Shown: positions 23,701-34,800 of the stretch, one piece after another
Layout: each line of letters begins with the position of its first letter
Numbering within the stretch: position 1 is the first letter of the stretch
NCBI GenBank assembly: GCA_051294375.1
Contig: CM119267.1
Span: forward strand, 25,869,293 to 25,933,292
Direction: 5' to 3'
Source of the DNA: Paraspadella gotoi
Lineage: Eukaryota > Animalia > Chaetognatha
Length of the DNA: 64,000 nucleotides
Position numbers and translations under genes: made by a program
Notes under the pieces: generated by a model
What the model saw: only the letters and a program-made list of their open reading frames with translations
Databases searched by the model: none
Told to the model about the DNA's origin: nothing

Positions 23701-26700
23701 CCATTTATTCCGCACTTTTTTTCAATACAAAATTCTAAATTTACATCCAAGATTTTTGTAGATTTATTCTTGTCTCTCTCTTTCACTCATATATGCATTT
23801 GTTTGTTTTTATTTATGATGAATCGCGTCAATGAATGATTATCATCGCATCAATAAATGATTATTATTTAGTATTGTTCATAGCCTCAGCACTAGAATTT
23901 CCCTGACTCCAGAACGCCCATGTTGATAACGGTGATGTAGTGTAGCGTTAAAAACCTTCAGTAACAGTAATAAACATAACAAACATATTTCCCATAGTTC
24001 ATGTCAATAACATACTTAGTAGGCATTCTCCGGGGAGTGTGAAAAGTTATTGTTTAGAACTAAGCTCTGACGAACAAAGCCCAAGGTTTTTTTAAAATAT
24101 TCTTTTACCGGCCAAGGTAGAATGACGGCAATATTGTTAATATTATGTTTCAAAAAAATCCGACCATTAAATTATAGAAAATTTAACAAAATCTTCGGAA
24201 ATCACCCTTCTTTGGAAGATTTTCGCCCATAGAAGATTTTTCCAGAATCTGACTCCCGGTTGAAAAAACTCTTAGAATTTCCGATCGTAGCTCCGTCTTT
24301 TACTTTTAGCTGCTTAATAATAAGAAATTTACCACACAATGGACTAATATGCACTTTAGCCCATGATCGGTATCATATCAAAAATACCCACAATAAACAC
24401 TGTCAAAGAACAATTTTTGCAGGAAGCCCTTCAGGACCAGCTTGGCCAAAGAATTCCAAAAATTTAGACGTTATTTGTTGAACAGGAACATACCTCAGTC
24501 ACGGTTTATATCGTTTTCAAGGAAAAAAATCCCTTCATTTCTATCATAAAATCAGAGATGGAAAATTTTTTCCCATCCAAAGCAGTTTATTTGTTCTGTC
24601 TTGTTTGATATCAAAGATGTTGATGATTTTTTTGCGACGAGTACGACAAAAATGCGAGCCTTCAGATGCAACAGGATCAGAATCAAGTGTTTTACATCGA
24701 TATTTTACCAGAATTTTTACCAGGAGCGTTTATATTGTTTGGTAGTCAGATTTTAACAAAAATCTCCATTAAAAAAGCTTCCTCGATCTCTAAGAACGAC
24801 GTAGACTCCTATATTGTTAATCTGTGCAGCGTTTAAATCCTGGCGCCTCTAAACTCAGTATCAACCTTTTCTAAATCCTTGACGAACGCTAAGCAAAGAT
24901 CATTGTTTACGTTACGACGCCAGATTTCACGCGCGCACGGCCTCTCTTAACACTCCCCCCTGTACGTACACGGACAGTAATACAATAGAGAGGTCGTCCG
25001 CACCGCTGCTCTTCGCCCTGTGGCAGTAGAGCCGTCTGCAAATTTGTCCACTCAGCATGCAACCCGAGTTTTTATCCCCCATGAGTTTCGGCTCCGCTTG
25101 ACGACCCCATTGAAGTACACTGACGGGCTCCTTGGCATCTCCTTTGAACCCCAGCCAACTCAGTTGGCTCCAAAATTTGATGGAGGCGCCAAACTCCCCC
25201 CGTCGACATCCCGAAGCGCCACCGACTCACGGCGTCGATCTGCATTGTCATGGCGCCCAGCGTCGTCTCCTTGACCCCTGTCGTCGACGATTTTTGCTGG
25301 CAACCGGCGTCGTCTCCTTGATGACGCCCTGCTTATTGCTCCCCCGGCGTCATGCCCGGATTTTCGATGTCTTCTCTTTTTGCGTCGATCATCTTGTCTG
25401 GGGGTGTTACTTCGTGCATGCGAGGTTCACAGAAAGAGTGAGGGTGCATGTTTGGGTGCAGACCGATCACCATTGAAAGTTTCTTTCTTGGAATTTCCTC
25501 CCCCTCTTGTTTCACAAGATTAATCAATTTGTTAGTTAATATCACTGTATTCAGAGACGATCAAATTTAGTAAATTTGTCTCAAACTTGCTCACTCAGTT
25601 TCACGTCTTTTTCAAAACTTGTTCAAGCCTAGTTCAAATTTCTATAACTTCAGTCTTTAAATTTTGTGTTACTTTCAGTGATTCATTGCTGGGCAAAACG
25701 AAATAAACGAATCTAAATACAGCCCCATCTCATTGCTTCTCTCATTTTTACTTCTTTGTATAGTTGCAAGGTCCACAAACTTTAATAAAAATGTTTATTT
25801 GTTTTGACAACAACTCCACTGTTGTCGTCTCTCTGAGCCAAAGAAGACCTTTACTTCCTCTCATAGGTCCTCTCAACTCATGTCCATGGCATACACATCC
25901 AAGCCTCTTGAATGTGTTCATTAATTTTAAACAATTCCAGAGTTTTCCTTTCACTCCAGAATATTTCTCTCACACCCTTATCCTCTTGAATGTGAGTCGT
26001 CAAACAAAATTTTAGTTTCCACCTCCAACTTTTTCAGCTGCTCCAAGCAGTAAGTTAAAGGATTCCTCCTCCTCCTCTTCCTCGTCTTTCTTCTTCTCTT
26101 TAGACGAGCATCATAATCGATATGGTCAAATATTTTATCAATATTAGCAAGTTTTGAATGTGAGACAAAGCTAGACAGATTAGTAATTTTTTTTTTTTTT
26201 TTTTTTTTCATTATTTCATGAAGACTGATCTTGTAGCCCAGCAATGTTCATTGATCATTTCATCATTTAAACTCGTCATTCTTTCTCTTTATCTACAAAT
26301 AGAGTGATTAAACTGTATGGAGAGTTCGTGATACTAAGTTGGATCCAAACCGTAGTGTCATAAACCGTAATCTTATACATTTCCATCTTGTTGAATGCTC
26401 CTAGTATCATACAATGATTTTATAGAAATTAGAAAACGAAAGCAGCGGGTGGAGGCTCCCCGACGCTCTTCATGCGAATGACCTTGCAATCTGACACAAC
26501 AGGAACTGTCCCATGAGACGAGATGTGTAGCAAAGCCTCAACACGCAACAGCTTGTAGTTAGGCTCAAACAGCAGACTGATGCGATGGATTGCTAATGAC
26601 GTCAGGGTAGATTCAGATGGTGGGATCGAGAGTCTCTCCTCCTCTAATGGCTTCAGTATGGACAGCAGCTCTGCACAAACTTCTCCTCTACGCAAGCAGT

Positions 26701-29700
26701 GCTCACTAATGGTCACTTGATCGAGGGTGGACAAATGGTTGGTTGATTTCTCTTCAACAGTTTCCTCTTTGACGGTTTCTTCCGCAACCCTTTTCACGAC
26801 TTTTTTTGCATCCTTTACCGCAACTTCTTTTGCAACTTTTTTTGCAACCTCTTCCACAACTTTTTCCTCATCCTTTTCCGCAACTTCATTTGAAACTTCT
26901 TGGGCAGCAACTCTTTCGCCAGCAGCATCTTCTTCAGCAAATTCTTCTTCAGCAGCGACTTTTTTAGCAGCAGCTTCTTTAGCAGTAACTTCTTCTACAA
27001 CAGCCTTTTCAACCGCAGATTCTTCAGCAGCAGCGTCTTCAGCAGCATCTTCTTTAGCAGCAACTTCTTCTGCAGACAGCATCGTGACAGGCTTCTTACG
27101 CAACAGCCTCAGCTTCTTTATCGGTTCTTCATGCAGCGGCGGCGTAATTGGGATTGGCGCACCATTCATTTTCGGCAGAGGTTCCTTGTTGAATCCATTG
27201 GCGGTCGGGCGATCCTCATTGCGTCGTCCACTCCAATGACTCCTTCGTTGAGACACCTTCATACGTCCGTCTTCCAATCTGTTTCCACTTAATTTCGTTA
27301 GCCTCTCCCTCTCTGCTCTCTCCTTTCTTTCATTTGTCATCAACGTTCTGCACTATTAACTTCATTCTCTCTGCCTTTCCTCCACCTTCATTATTCTTTC
27401 TTCGGTTCTGTTTCGAATTTCTCTCAATTTTTCTTTGAGCTCATCCTCTTTTATCCACCCTCGTTTTGCTCTCTCCATCTCGTATTCTATATTCGTTCGT
27501 TCTTTCTCTCTCTATCGCTATACACTCTTTCTCTGCCATTTCTAGGTCCTTGACCAACCTTTGGCGAATCATCTCGCAAGATGATTGAGACGACGTCGTT
27601 ACCATAGTTCTAGCTTTTGAGACGGTTTGACGCTGACTCTTGTCGGCTCCAAAAAGGTGAAGACTCCTGTCGCGGACTTTGGCGACGAGAAGACCATCGG
27701 CGACGTCGCCATCCAATGCTCGATGCTCTAATCGACGTGTTCTCGGCGAGGCGGCCTCGAGACCCGTCCCTTATCGGTAGCTCCCTCTTTGACTCCTCAC
27801 GCGATCAAGGTTATGATCTGCCGCTCTGCTGCTGCTGCTTCGGCTGATTTAGATTTAGTTTAGATTTAATTGTTGAATTTAGAATTATAGTTTAGTTTAA
27901 TTTTAATCCCCGGATTATAACATATAAGTTTTTAATATTTAGTATTATTCATAGCCTCAGCACTAGAATTTCCCTGACTCCAGAACGCCCATGTTGATAA
28001 CGGTGATGTAGTGTAGCGTTAAAAACCTTCAGTAACAGTAATAAACATAACAAACATATTTCTCATAGTTCATGTCAATAACATACTTAGTAGGCATTCT
28101 CCGGGGAGTGTGAAAAGTTATTGCTAATCTTCTGCCGCAGCGTTTGAATCCTGGCGCCTCTAAACTCAGTATCAACCTTTTCTAAATCCTTGATCATTGT
28201 TTACGTTACGACGCCAGATTTCACGCGCGCACGACCTCTCTTAACAATTATCATCATATCAATAAATAATTATCATCACATCAATCATTTGGTTATTATC
28301 ACATCAATCATTTGGTTATCATCGCATCAATTTTTGGTTATCGCATCAATATTTGGTTATCATCGCGTCAATAATCAATTCTTATTACATCAATAAATTA
28401 TTATTACATCATTAATTTGTTATTGCATCAATCATTTATTTTTTTTCTGATTTTTTCATTAATTTTTTTTGATAGCTAGCAGGCTCGATCAATACTATTT
28501 TTGATATTTTTTCATTAATTTTCTTTGATAGTAATGTCTGGCGTGATCACTATACTTTTAAGTTTTTGTTATTTTATTATTTTATTTGCAAAACCAATTT
28601 TTGCCAGGCGGTTCATTCCCTCGTTGTTGACATCGTGACTCCTGAGAAAGTAGGATTCTCTCTCGGCCTCCCTTCGCCCGATCGCCTCGTCGACGTGGCC
28701 ATCCTCAAGGGCAACGACTTTACTCGCCCTTTTCTCAAGGACATGAATCTTCGCGGTCACTTGAGTCTCCGCAATTTCAGCATTCAATCCTTCGCGTCGT
28801 GGGTCTCGCGAATCCGATCCATCGACGACTGCGACTATCTCTGGCAGGCGATGCGACGCGACGCCGATTTTCGCTCCGCCGTCCTTCATTCTCGCCAATT
28901 CTATTCGCTGACTCTGCCGATCGAGCGACCGGAATCCAAGGATCCTTTTTTGACGTCCCTCGTGGAGGAAGGGATTTCCAGCGGGAAGTACCCCGTGATT
29001 TTTTTAGCCATGCATCACGGGTTTTATTGGCAGCGGGAAATCGTGAGCGACGTGACGCCGGGATCGCCCAACGTCGAGGTGGCGCTGACTTCGTTGCGAG
29101 AGTCGCTCTACGATCTCATCGTCGCCGACGAGAAGAGGGTGCTCGAGTTTTCTCGCGGCGCCGACAATCAACTTCTCGATCACTACGCTTCTCGTCGAAA
29201 CGAGTTTCCGAATTTGAAGGATGTGGCGTCGATGAACGAGGAGCAAAGACTCGATCTCTTCGCCAGGATCTTTTCGGATCGACGGCCGTCTCGACGCAAC
29301 CGGGCGGCGCTGACGGGATTCTCGATGGTTCCGTCTTCACCGGAGTCAACGGCTTCGGAGATATTTCTCATAGTTTTCGTTCGATATTTCGTCTCCTGCG
29401 GACGAAGCGACGAGTTTGGACTTCGTCTCGAGCGATGGGAATTGGACGCGTTGGCCGCTTCAATGTTTGATTCGATTTCGTCGACGAAGGTCGAAATCGA
29501 GAGGAAAATCGTCTCCAGTCTTATCCCCTCAATCAGATGTTTGACTCTGTTCAATTGGCTTCAAGAAATCTATTTGTACGCCTACAATTTATTCGGCAAA
29601 GCCCTGCAACTCTCGCATTTGTTTCCCAGCCCCGCTCAACTCTTTTGCGGCTCCGTTTACGTTCACTTTTACATGGGCAGTAAATCTAATAGTCATCTCT

Positions 29701-29777
29701 ATTCTTCGTGGAACGAATTGAGAAACCAAATATTACGACAAAATGATACGTTGTATCGTTGTATGATCAGCAATTGA
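14777..29777 (+). CDS. Asteroid/FAM120-like FEN/XPG-fold PIN-domain protein
   Basis: Exons 14777-14944, 15569-15893, 16565-16758, 28608-29777 splice in phase. Motifs MGVSGL, ILVD, GGEY, VFFID, EAD, SHDSDF and AILKGNDF are the acidic motifs of Asteroid/XPG-like PIN domains. Exact orthology is unresolved. Confidence 0.82.
15978..16432. mobile_element. TTAA-flanked palindromic MITE
   Basis: TTAA|agcgtagcaaaaatatt...aatatttactacgcc|TTAA with an internal inverted copy of aaagcagattcgaattcctcat. Confidence 0.65.
16834..17773. mobile_element. Kolobok-like non-autonomous DNA transposon, about 940 bp
   Basis: TTAA|ggccagggatcactcaa...ttgagtgatcccggacc|TTAA. Near-identical copies at 54063-55003 and 58124-59071. 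A TTAA TSD with GG...CC ends fits Kolobok rather than piggyBac. Confidence 0.75.
20892..23593 (-). other. Indel-rich inverted copy of about 16631-18863 (probable gap-fill artefact)
   Basis: Reverse complement of part of PIN-gene exon 3, the Kolobok-like element and its flank, about 20% longer from scattered insertions; near N gaps at 18864-18873 and 19204-19228. Confidence 0.8.
24055..24811 (+). mobile_element. Non-autonomous hAT-like element inserted in the left LTR
   Basis: Absent from the right LTR; flanked by duplicated TATTGTT; TAG...CTA ends. Other copies at 46874-47572 and about 63337-64000 (minus). Confidence 0.75.
26429..27343 (-). other. Low-complexity Glu/Ala/Lys/Val-rich ORF in the gag position of the LTR element
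   Basis: 304-aa ORF inside the LTR element in the element's sense orientation, with AAEE/EEVA repeats; no recognisable domain. Confidence 0.45.
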
Positions 29778-29837
29778 ATGTTTTTTAAAAATTATTTATT
29801 ATTTATTTGGTATTTTGTTGAGCATTAAACATTAAAC

Positions 29838-31601
29838 ATGGCCAATGATGATTCAACTTTTGAAGAACTCGCAAAACTGTTTAAAGATGCGACGCAGTTA
29901 GAAAAATTCAATGACGGGGAGGTGACCCCTGATGAACCTTATAAAAGCAAATATGCTGCGAGAAAAATCTACGAGGAAATCTTGGCCAAACTCGATGCCT
30001 CTCCGACTTCCTTTCAGGAGAGGAGGGTCGCTGCCAAATCCACGGTCCTTTTGCATTTAGGCATCAACGCTTACGAGACCGAAGAAGTTGCCGACGGAGA
30101 GAGGCGATTGCTGGAGTGCATTTCCTGCTTGGGTGACTTCTCCACTGCCCCCTATGGCGTCTCCCTCTTCATTCACGCCTCCAATCACATCGGCATCGTC
30201 TGGAATCTCCGCAAGGACGAAGAACGGAGCCTCGAGTATTTTAAGAGATCCGAGTCGGCCTACGAAAACTACAAAGCGAATCGGGACATCGCTCCCGATT
30301 CGCTGCTGGAATGTTTCGAAGGCCCGAAGGATGAGCCCGCGAGGCGGAAAGACTTGGAAACTTTGCACACACACACCCTCTACTTTCTCGCCCAGTGCTA
30401 CGAACGACTCGGTGAAAAATCTATTAGCGCCGGACTCTGTCACCGAACGCTTCTTCGCCAACTCGCATCCGCAGATTATGACGTCCTCGATTGGTCGCGC
30501 AACTGCGCCATTCTTAGCCAATTCTACGTAGGGGTGGGGCGCATGCGCGTGGCCCGTCACTGTCTCGCCGCCTCCTCGGTCGCCTTTGGCCAGTCTGAAC
30601 TTAAGACGGAGCAGGAAAGCGTCGCTGACGATAGAGAGAGAACCGGCGCAGAGATACGACGCTGCTGGGGCGCCTATGTCCTCTCGCTGCTACGGTACTC
30701 GAGGGAGATGTTGGCGAAGATAGAGGACGACGACCGTGACCCCGACGTGCCCGACGAACTGTTGGAGGCGGTGACTCGCGACGCCGAGGAGCCTAACCAC
30801 TGCGGTGATCTTTTCTTCGTTGGTCTCGACGAAGAGAAGATCGCGGAGCACGAGGCCAAGGTCGCCTGTCGCCTCGCAACGGGATTCGACGAGGCGCGCC
30901 AATTGTTTCTTTTCGGAACGCGTTGCCTTGACGACGCCAAATCCTTTTACACCAAGATTGACTTTTGCAGTGATTACGTTTCCATCCTCCAGAGCGCCTC
31001 TCAGTTTTACAAACTCTTGTCCGCCTTTGAACCCGATGTCGCCCGTCGCTGTAAGATGCACAAACGCCGCGCGGATTCGCTCGGCGAAATTTTGGACGAA
31101 TTGAACCCCACCTACTATTTAACGATCATACGTCAACTGCGCTTCGAAATCGGCGAGATCTTCGCCGCCATGATGGACCTTAAATACGCCGCCGTCGAAA
31201 AAGGCGGAAAGGCGGCGGATACCAAAGTCGTTGCCAAGATCAACTCCCTGACCAAAAGCGCCGTCGACGCCTTCCAAGACTTCATCCTCTCTTTCCAGCG
31301 ACGCGCGGACGGAGACGCCGACGCTTCTATGCCCGAGACGCTGGACGAACTGAACGTGCGTCCCGTTCTACTCGCCTACTTCCACGTCGCTCGCCTCTAC
31401 ACCAAATTCGTTGAAAGAGATCATCGTCGACGAATCGTCAACACGGAGACGTCGCTCGGATTCTACCAAAAGTTGGTGGATTACGTGGAGGCGCATCCGG
31501 ACGCCGAGGAGTTTGTGAAGAGCGAATACGAAGTCGCTAAAGAATTAATTCCTATGATGGACATCAAAATCAAATCGTTGAAATCGGCGCAGATGACGTG
31601 A
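29838..31601 (+). CDS. KIFBP: KIF-binding protein (KIAA1279/KBP), single coding exon
   Basis: 587 aa with EPYKSKYAAR, HTHTLYFLAQCY, CHRTLLRQL, RRCKMHKRRAD and LNPTYYLTIIRQLRFEIGE motifs typical of KBP. Confidence 0.94.
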   Translation: MANDDSTFEELAKLFKDATQLEKFNDGEVTPDEPYKSKYAARKIYEEILAKLDASPTSFQERRVAAKSTVLLHLGINAYETEEVADGERRLLECISCLGDFSTAPYGVSLFIHASNHIGIVWNLRKDEERSLEYFKRSESAYENYKANRDIAPDSLLECFEGPKDEPARRKDLETLHTHTLYFLAQCYERLGEKSISAGLCHRTLLRQLASADYDVLDWSRNCAILSQFYVGVGRMRVARHCLAASSVAFGQSELKTEQESVADDRERTGAEIRRCWGAYVLSLLRYSREMLAKIEDDDRDPDVPDELLEAVTRDAEEPNHCGDLFFVGLDEEKIAEHEAKVACRLATGFDEARQLFLFGTRCLDDAKSFYTKIDFCSDYVSILQSASQFYKLLSAFEPDVARRCKMHKRRADSLGEILDELNPTYYLTIIRQLRFEIGEIFAAMMDLKYAAVEKGGKAADTKVVAKINSLTKSAVDAFQDFILSFQRRADGDADASMPETLDELNVRPVLLAYFHVARLYTKFVERDHRRRIVNTETSLGFYQKLVDYVEAHPDAEEFVKSEYEVAKELIPMMDIKIKSLKSAQMT

Positions 31602-31876
31602 AAACGTGACAAATAGTGTCGTACCTCGTCCAACTTTTGCTTTTATTGTGATAATTATGTTCAAATTGTTTCTGTCTAAAATGAGTATTGTGATTGGAAG
31701 TAAATTTGTACCGGATATCACGCACCATTTTTAGCAGTATTTTTTTTAGATCTGTCGCCCGCCGGCATCGCCCACAACAATCCACCTCTAACAGATCAAA
31801 GTTAATATAATTTTTAATTGTAATGGGGTTAATGAACCTAAAAAGTATTTATACATAATACGCTTAAACTGTAAAA

Positions 31877-34800
31877 ATGGGAAAAAAGAATCCTGCACAG
31901 CGGACTAAAGGCAATACCAAACCGAGTAACAGTGGACGCGCCGCTGACCTTCTTTCTTCCTCTTCTTCCCCCGCCTACACTTTCGGTCTCGGCGCTGGCG
32001 CCGACGCCGTCGATGACCAACTGGGCGCCGACTCTCCGGGCCCCATCCCCAAAGCGGCGTCTGTGGCCTTCGTCGGGACAACGCCAAATTGCGACGTTCC
32101 TTCTTTTGATTTTCTAGATGGCGAAACGCGATTCCTTCTTAAAAAGATGACTAAAAAGGATGCCACGACAAAGGCTAAGGTTAGACTTAGGCGAAGGGCG
32201 GGCGAGAGCTGTGGCTATTGGCTAATGTAGGTTATTCTGACCTAGTTTCTCAAAAGTTCATTCCTTTTTAGGCATTGACAGAGTTCCTCTCCGTCTTAGA
32301 AACGAAATCTGAAGAGGAGATTAAAGGATTAGCGCCATTTTGGCCGCGACTCTACAACGCTCTCTCTACCGACTCTGACCGCAAAGTACGCGAACTCTCG
32401 CAACGCGTCCTCTTACTCCTCGCTGAGCCGGGACGTCGAAAAGTCGCCGCCCCACACCTTAAAGCTCTCATGGGTGCCTGGATGCTGGCCCGAGCCGACG
32501 AGCATGCCCCGGCAGCGTCGGCTGCGCGAAGAGCTTTCGATGCCGCTTTCGAATCTCCCGAAAAGCGAAGGGCGGCTTTGAGGGCGTGTCGGCGAGAGAT
32601 ATTAGTCTACTTAAAAGATATCTTGCTTGATCAGACGCCAGAAACTCTGAGCGATGTGAAGTCAACACCAAAGGATGAAATGGATGCAAAATACGAGCGG
32701 GTCTTTGCTGCTGCATTGACGGCATTGGCGACGCTGATATCGACGACGACAGCAGATGAGCGAGTCGAGACTGAGGACGTCGACGCATCTGTTTCTACTT
32801 CGGCCGAAGACGAAGACTTCGCTGATCTTCTCATCAACAAAAAACTCGTTCGACTCTCGATCCATTCTAATGCCGCCATCCGCGCCGCCTGGTACTGTGT
32901 TGTCGCTGAATTCGTTCGACGTCGTCCGGAAGCGACGCGGCGTCGATTAGCGGCGCCTTTGGCAACTTCGGTCCTGAATCGCTTCGAAGAGTCGGATCCC
33001 AGAACGGTCTCTCTCTTTTGGTCGGCTGCGCTGGCGATCGTCGACGCGTTGGGTGACGAATGCTGGACTCATGTCAGCGCGAAGAAAAGCGTTGGACCGA
33101 AACTTAGGGAACTCCTGCGCGCCGGCTGTGGCGGCGCTGCCAGCGTCGTTTGTCCCGGCATCTCTGTCGTCGTTTCTCGTCTCCCCAACGAGATGTTGGT
33201 CGGAGGCGCCGCTGAAAAACTCTTCGCGGGGTTTCATGTCGCCGTCGTTGAGTCGCTTGAACGTGGCGCCAGGTCGTTTCAAAGCACCGGGGAATCCTCG
33301 GCGCTGCTTTTATGTTTAGCCGAGTGTTTGGCGGAGTTAATAAGGAGGTTGACAAAGGAATCAGAAACCGAAACTCCGTCGACATTACTCGTCGAGCCCG
33401 TTTCACTTTTATTTATCGCCGCACGTCATAAACACGCTCGTCACGCTTTATCCACTCGATTCGTGGCGGGTTTAAGAAAGGCAGCGGTGGCGAATATCTC
33501 CATAACGACCCCTGGAGAAGTCTCAGCTCGAGATAGGATATTCGAAACGACGCTTCGAGCTGAAACGAAACGGGCCGTTGATGCGGGCGACCTCGACAGC
33601 CTGAGGGCGATCTCGACTGCGATGAAGCGGGTGAGGGGAGGAGGAGCAGGAGCAAAATCTAAGAAAGTGGAATTCGTTAATTCGAATTCTCACTCGATAG
33701 ACTCGAAAAGTAGTTCCGACACGACAGTCCCGTGTCCGGAATCTCCCGCGGAAGTGATCGCTTTTTCTGTCGTTGTTCAATTTGAGATTCGCTCTACGAT
33801 CCTCTCCAAGTTGCGCGTCGACTTCTCCCCTTCGCTCCTCGCGCTTTTCTGCGACGTCGTCGAGGACTCCACTGTCGACTCCATTCTTTTCTCTTCCGAA
33901 AATGACGCTTATGAATGCGTCATCCCATCTTTGGAAGACGGCTCGACAATCGGTCGGGAGAAAAAGATTTCATCCGTGTTTCGTCTTATATGGCTTCCAC
34001 TTTGGAGTCGACTTCTCGAAACCTCAACCGCCGCCATGTTCACCGAAGTTGCCCGTCGAATGGCTAGGCTGCTCAAGCGGCTCGTCGAGGCCGACGCCGC
34101 CGCCGCCGCCAAGAGAATTGAAGAGACGGCGACCGTCGTTGATCACCCCATCGTCTATCGTGTCTTCGTCGAAGCGGCGAGAAACGAAGCGGGCATCTGG
34201 TCGTCATGGATCGCGGGCGAAGCCTTTCGCGATTATCTCATGAGAAAGTTGAAGGAGGCCTTGGGTGGCGGGGACTTTGGCGGTAGCGGCGAAGGCGGCG
34301 GCGAATTCGTCGTCTTTGTTCTCGAGTCTTTGTCTTTGATGCCGGAGACTTCGAAGGTCATCGTCGAGACGCTTTTGTTGGCGGCGGTCGACGACGAAGA
34401 CGACGATGCGCGACCGACTTCGGTCGGAGTCTTCGCTGGTGCTATTTTCACTGGGAATCCGACGGTCGTTCACGAGGAGGCGGGAAGGGCGCTTCAGTTG
34501 AGGATTTTAAAATCTTTTTTGACGAGATTGTGGAAAAAGGCGCCGCCGATGACCGCAGATCCGTTTAAGCGCGCCATCGAAGCCGGATTCATTGCTTGGA
34601 GTCGACTCGGCATCGATCCACCTATGGAAGTAACGACGATTTTAAGAACCGCAATTCTCGACGCCGAAGACGCCGACGACCTCGATAAACTCGTCGACTT
34701 TCTGGGCGACATTTGTTCGCTGTTGGCGAGTGAAGAAGATAATGAAAAAGATGAAGGCGTCGACGGCGGACGAAAACCGCCGGTAGGCTCAAGTTGAAAT

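Larger units (their letters stand above)
23865..28246 (-). mobile_element. Decayed Ty3/Gypsy-like LTR retrotransposon in intron 3 of the PIN-domain gene
   Basis: Direct LTRs 23865-24952 (interrupted) and 27936-28246; 5-bp TSD ATTAT. Minus-strand LTR starts TGTTAAG after a polypurine tract (24953-24961). Remnants in RT-RH-IN order (LGYKIS; NPLTY..SHSRG; HGH..CGPC zinc-finger-like). Confidence 0.85.

Noticed and set aside
26727-27292. Ser/Ala/Thr/Phe-rich plus-strand ORFs
   Set aside because: Antisense shadows of the low-complexity minus-strand ORF.
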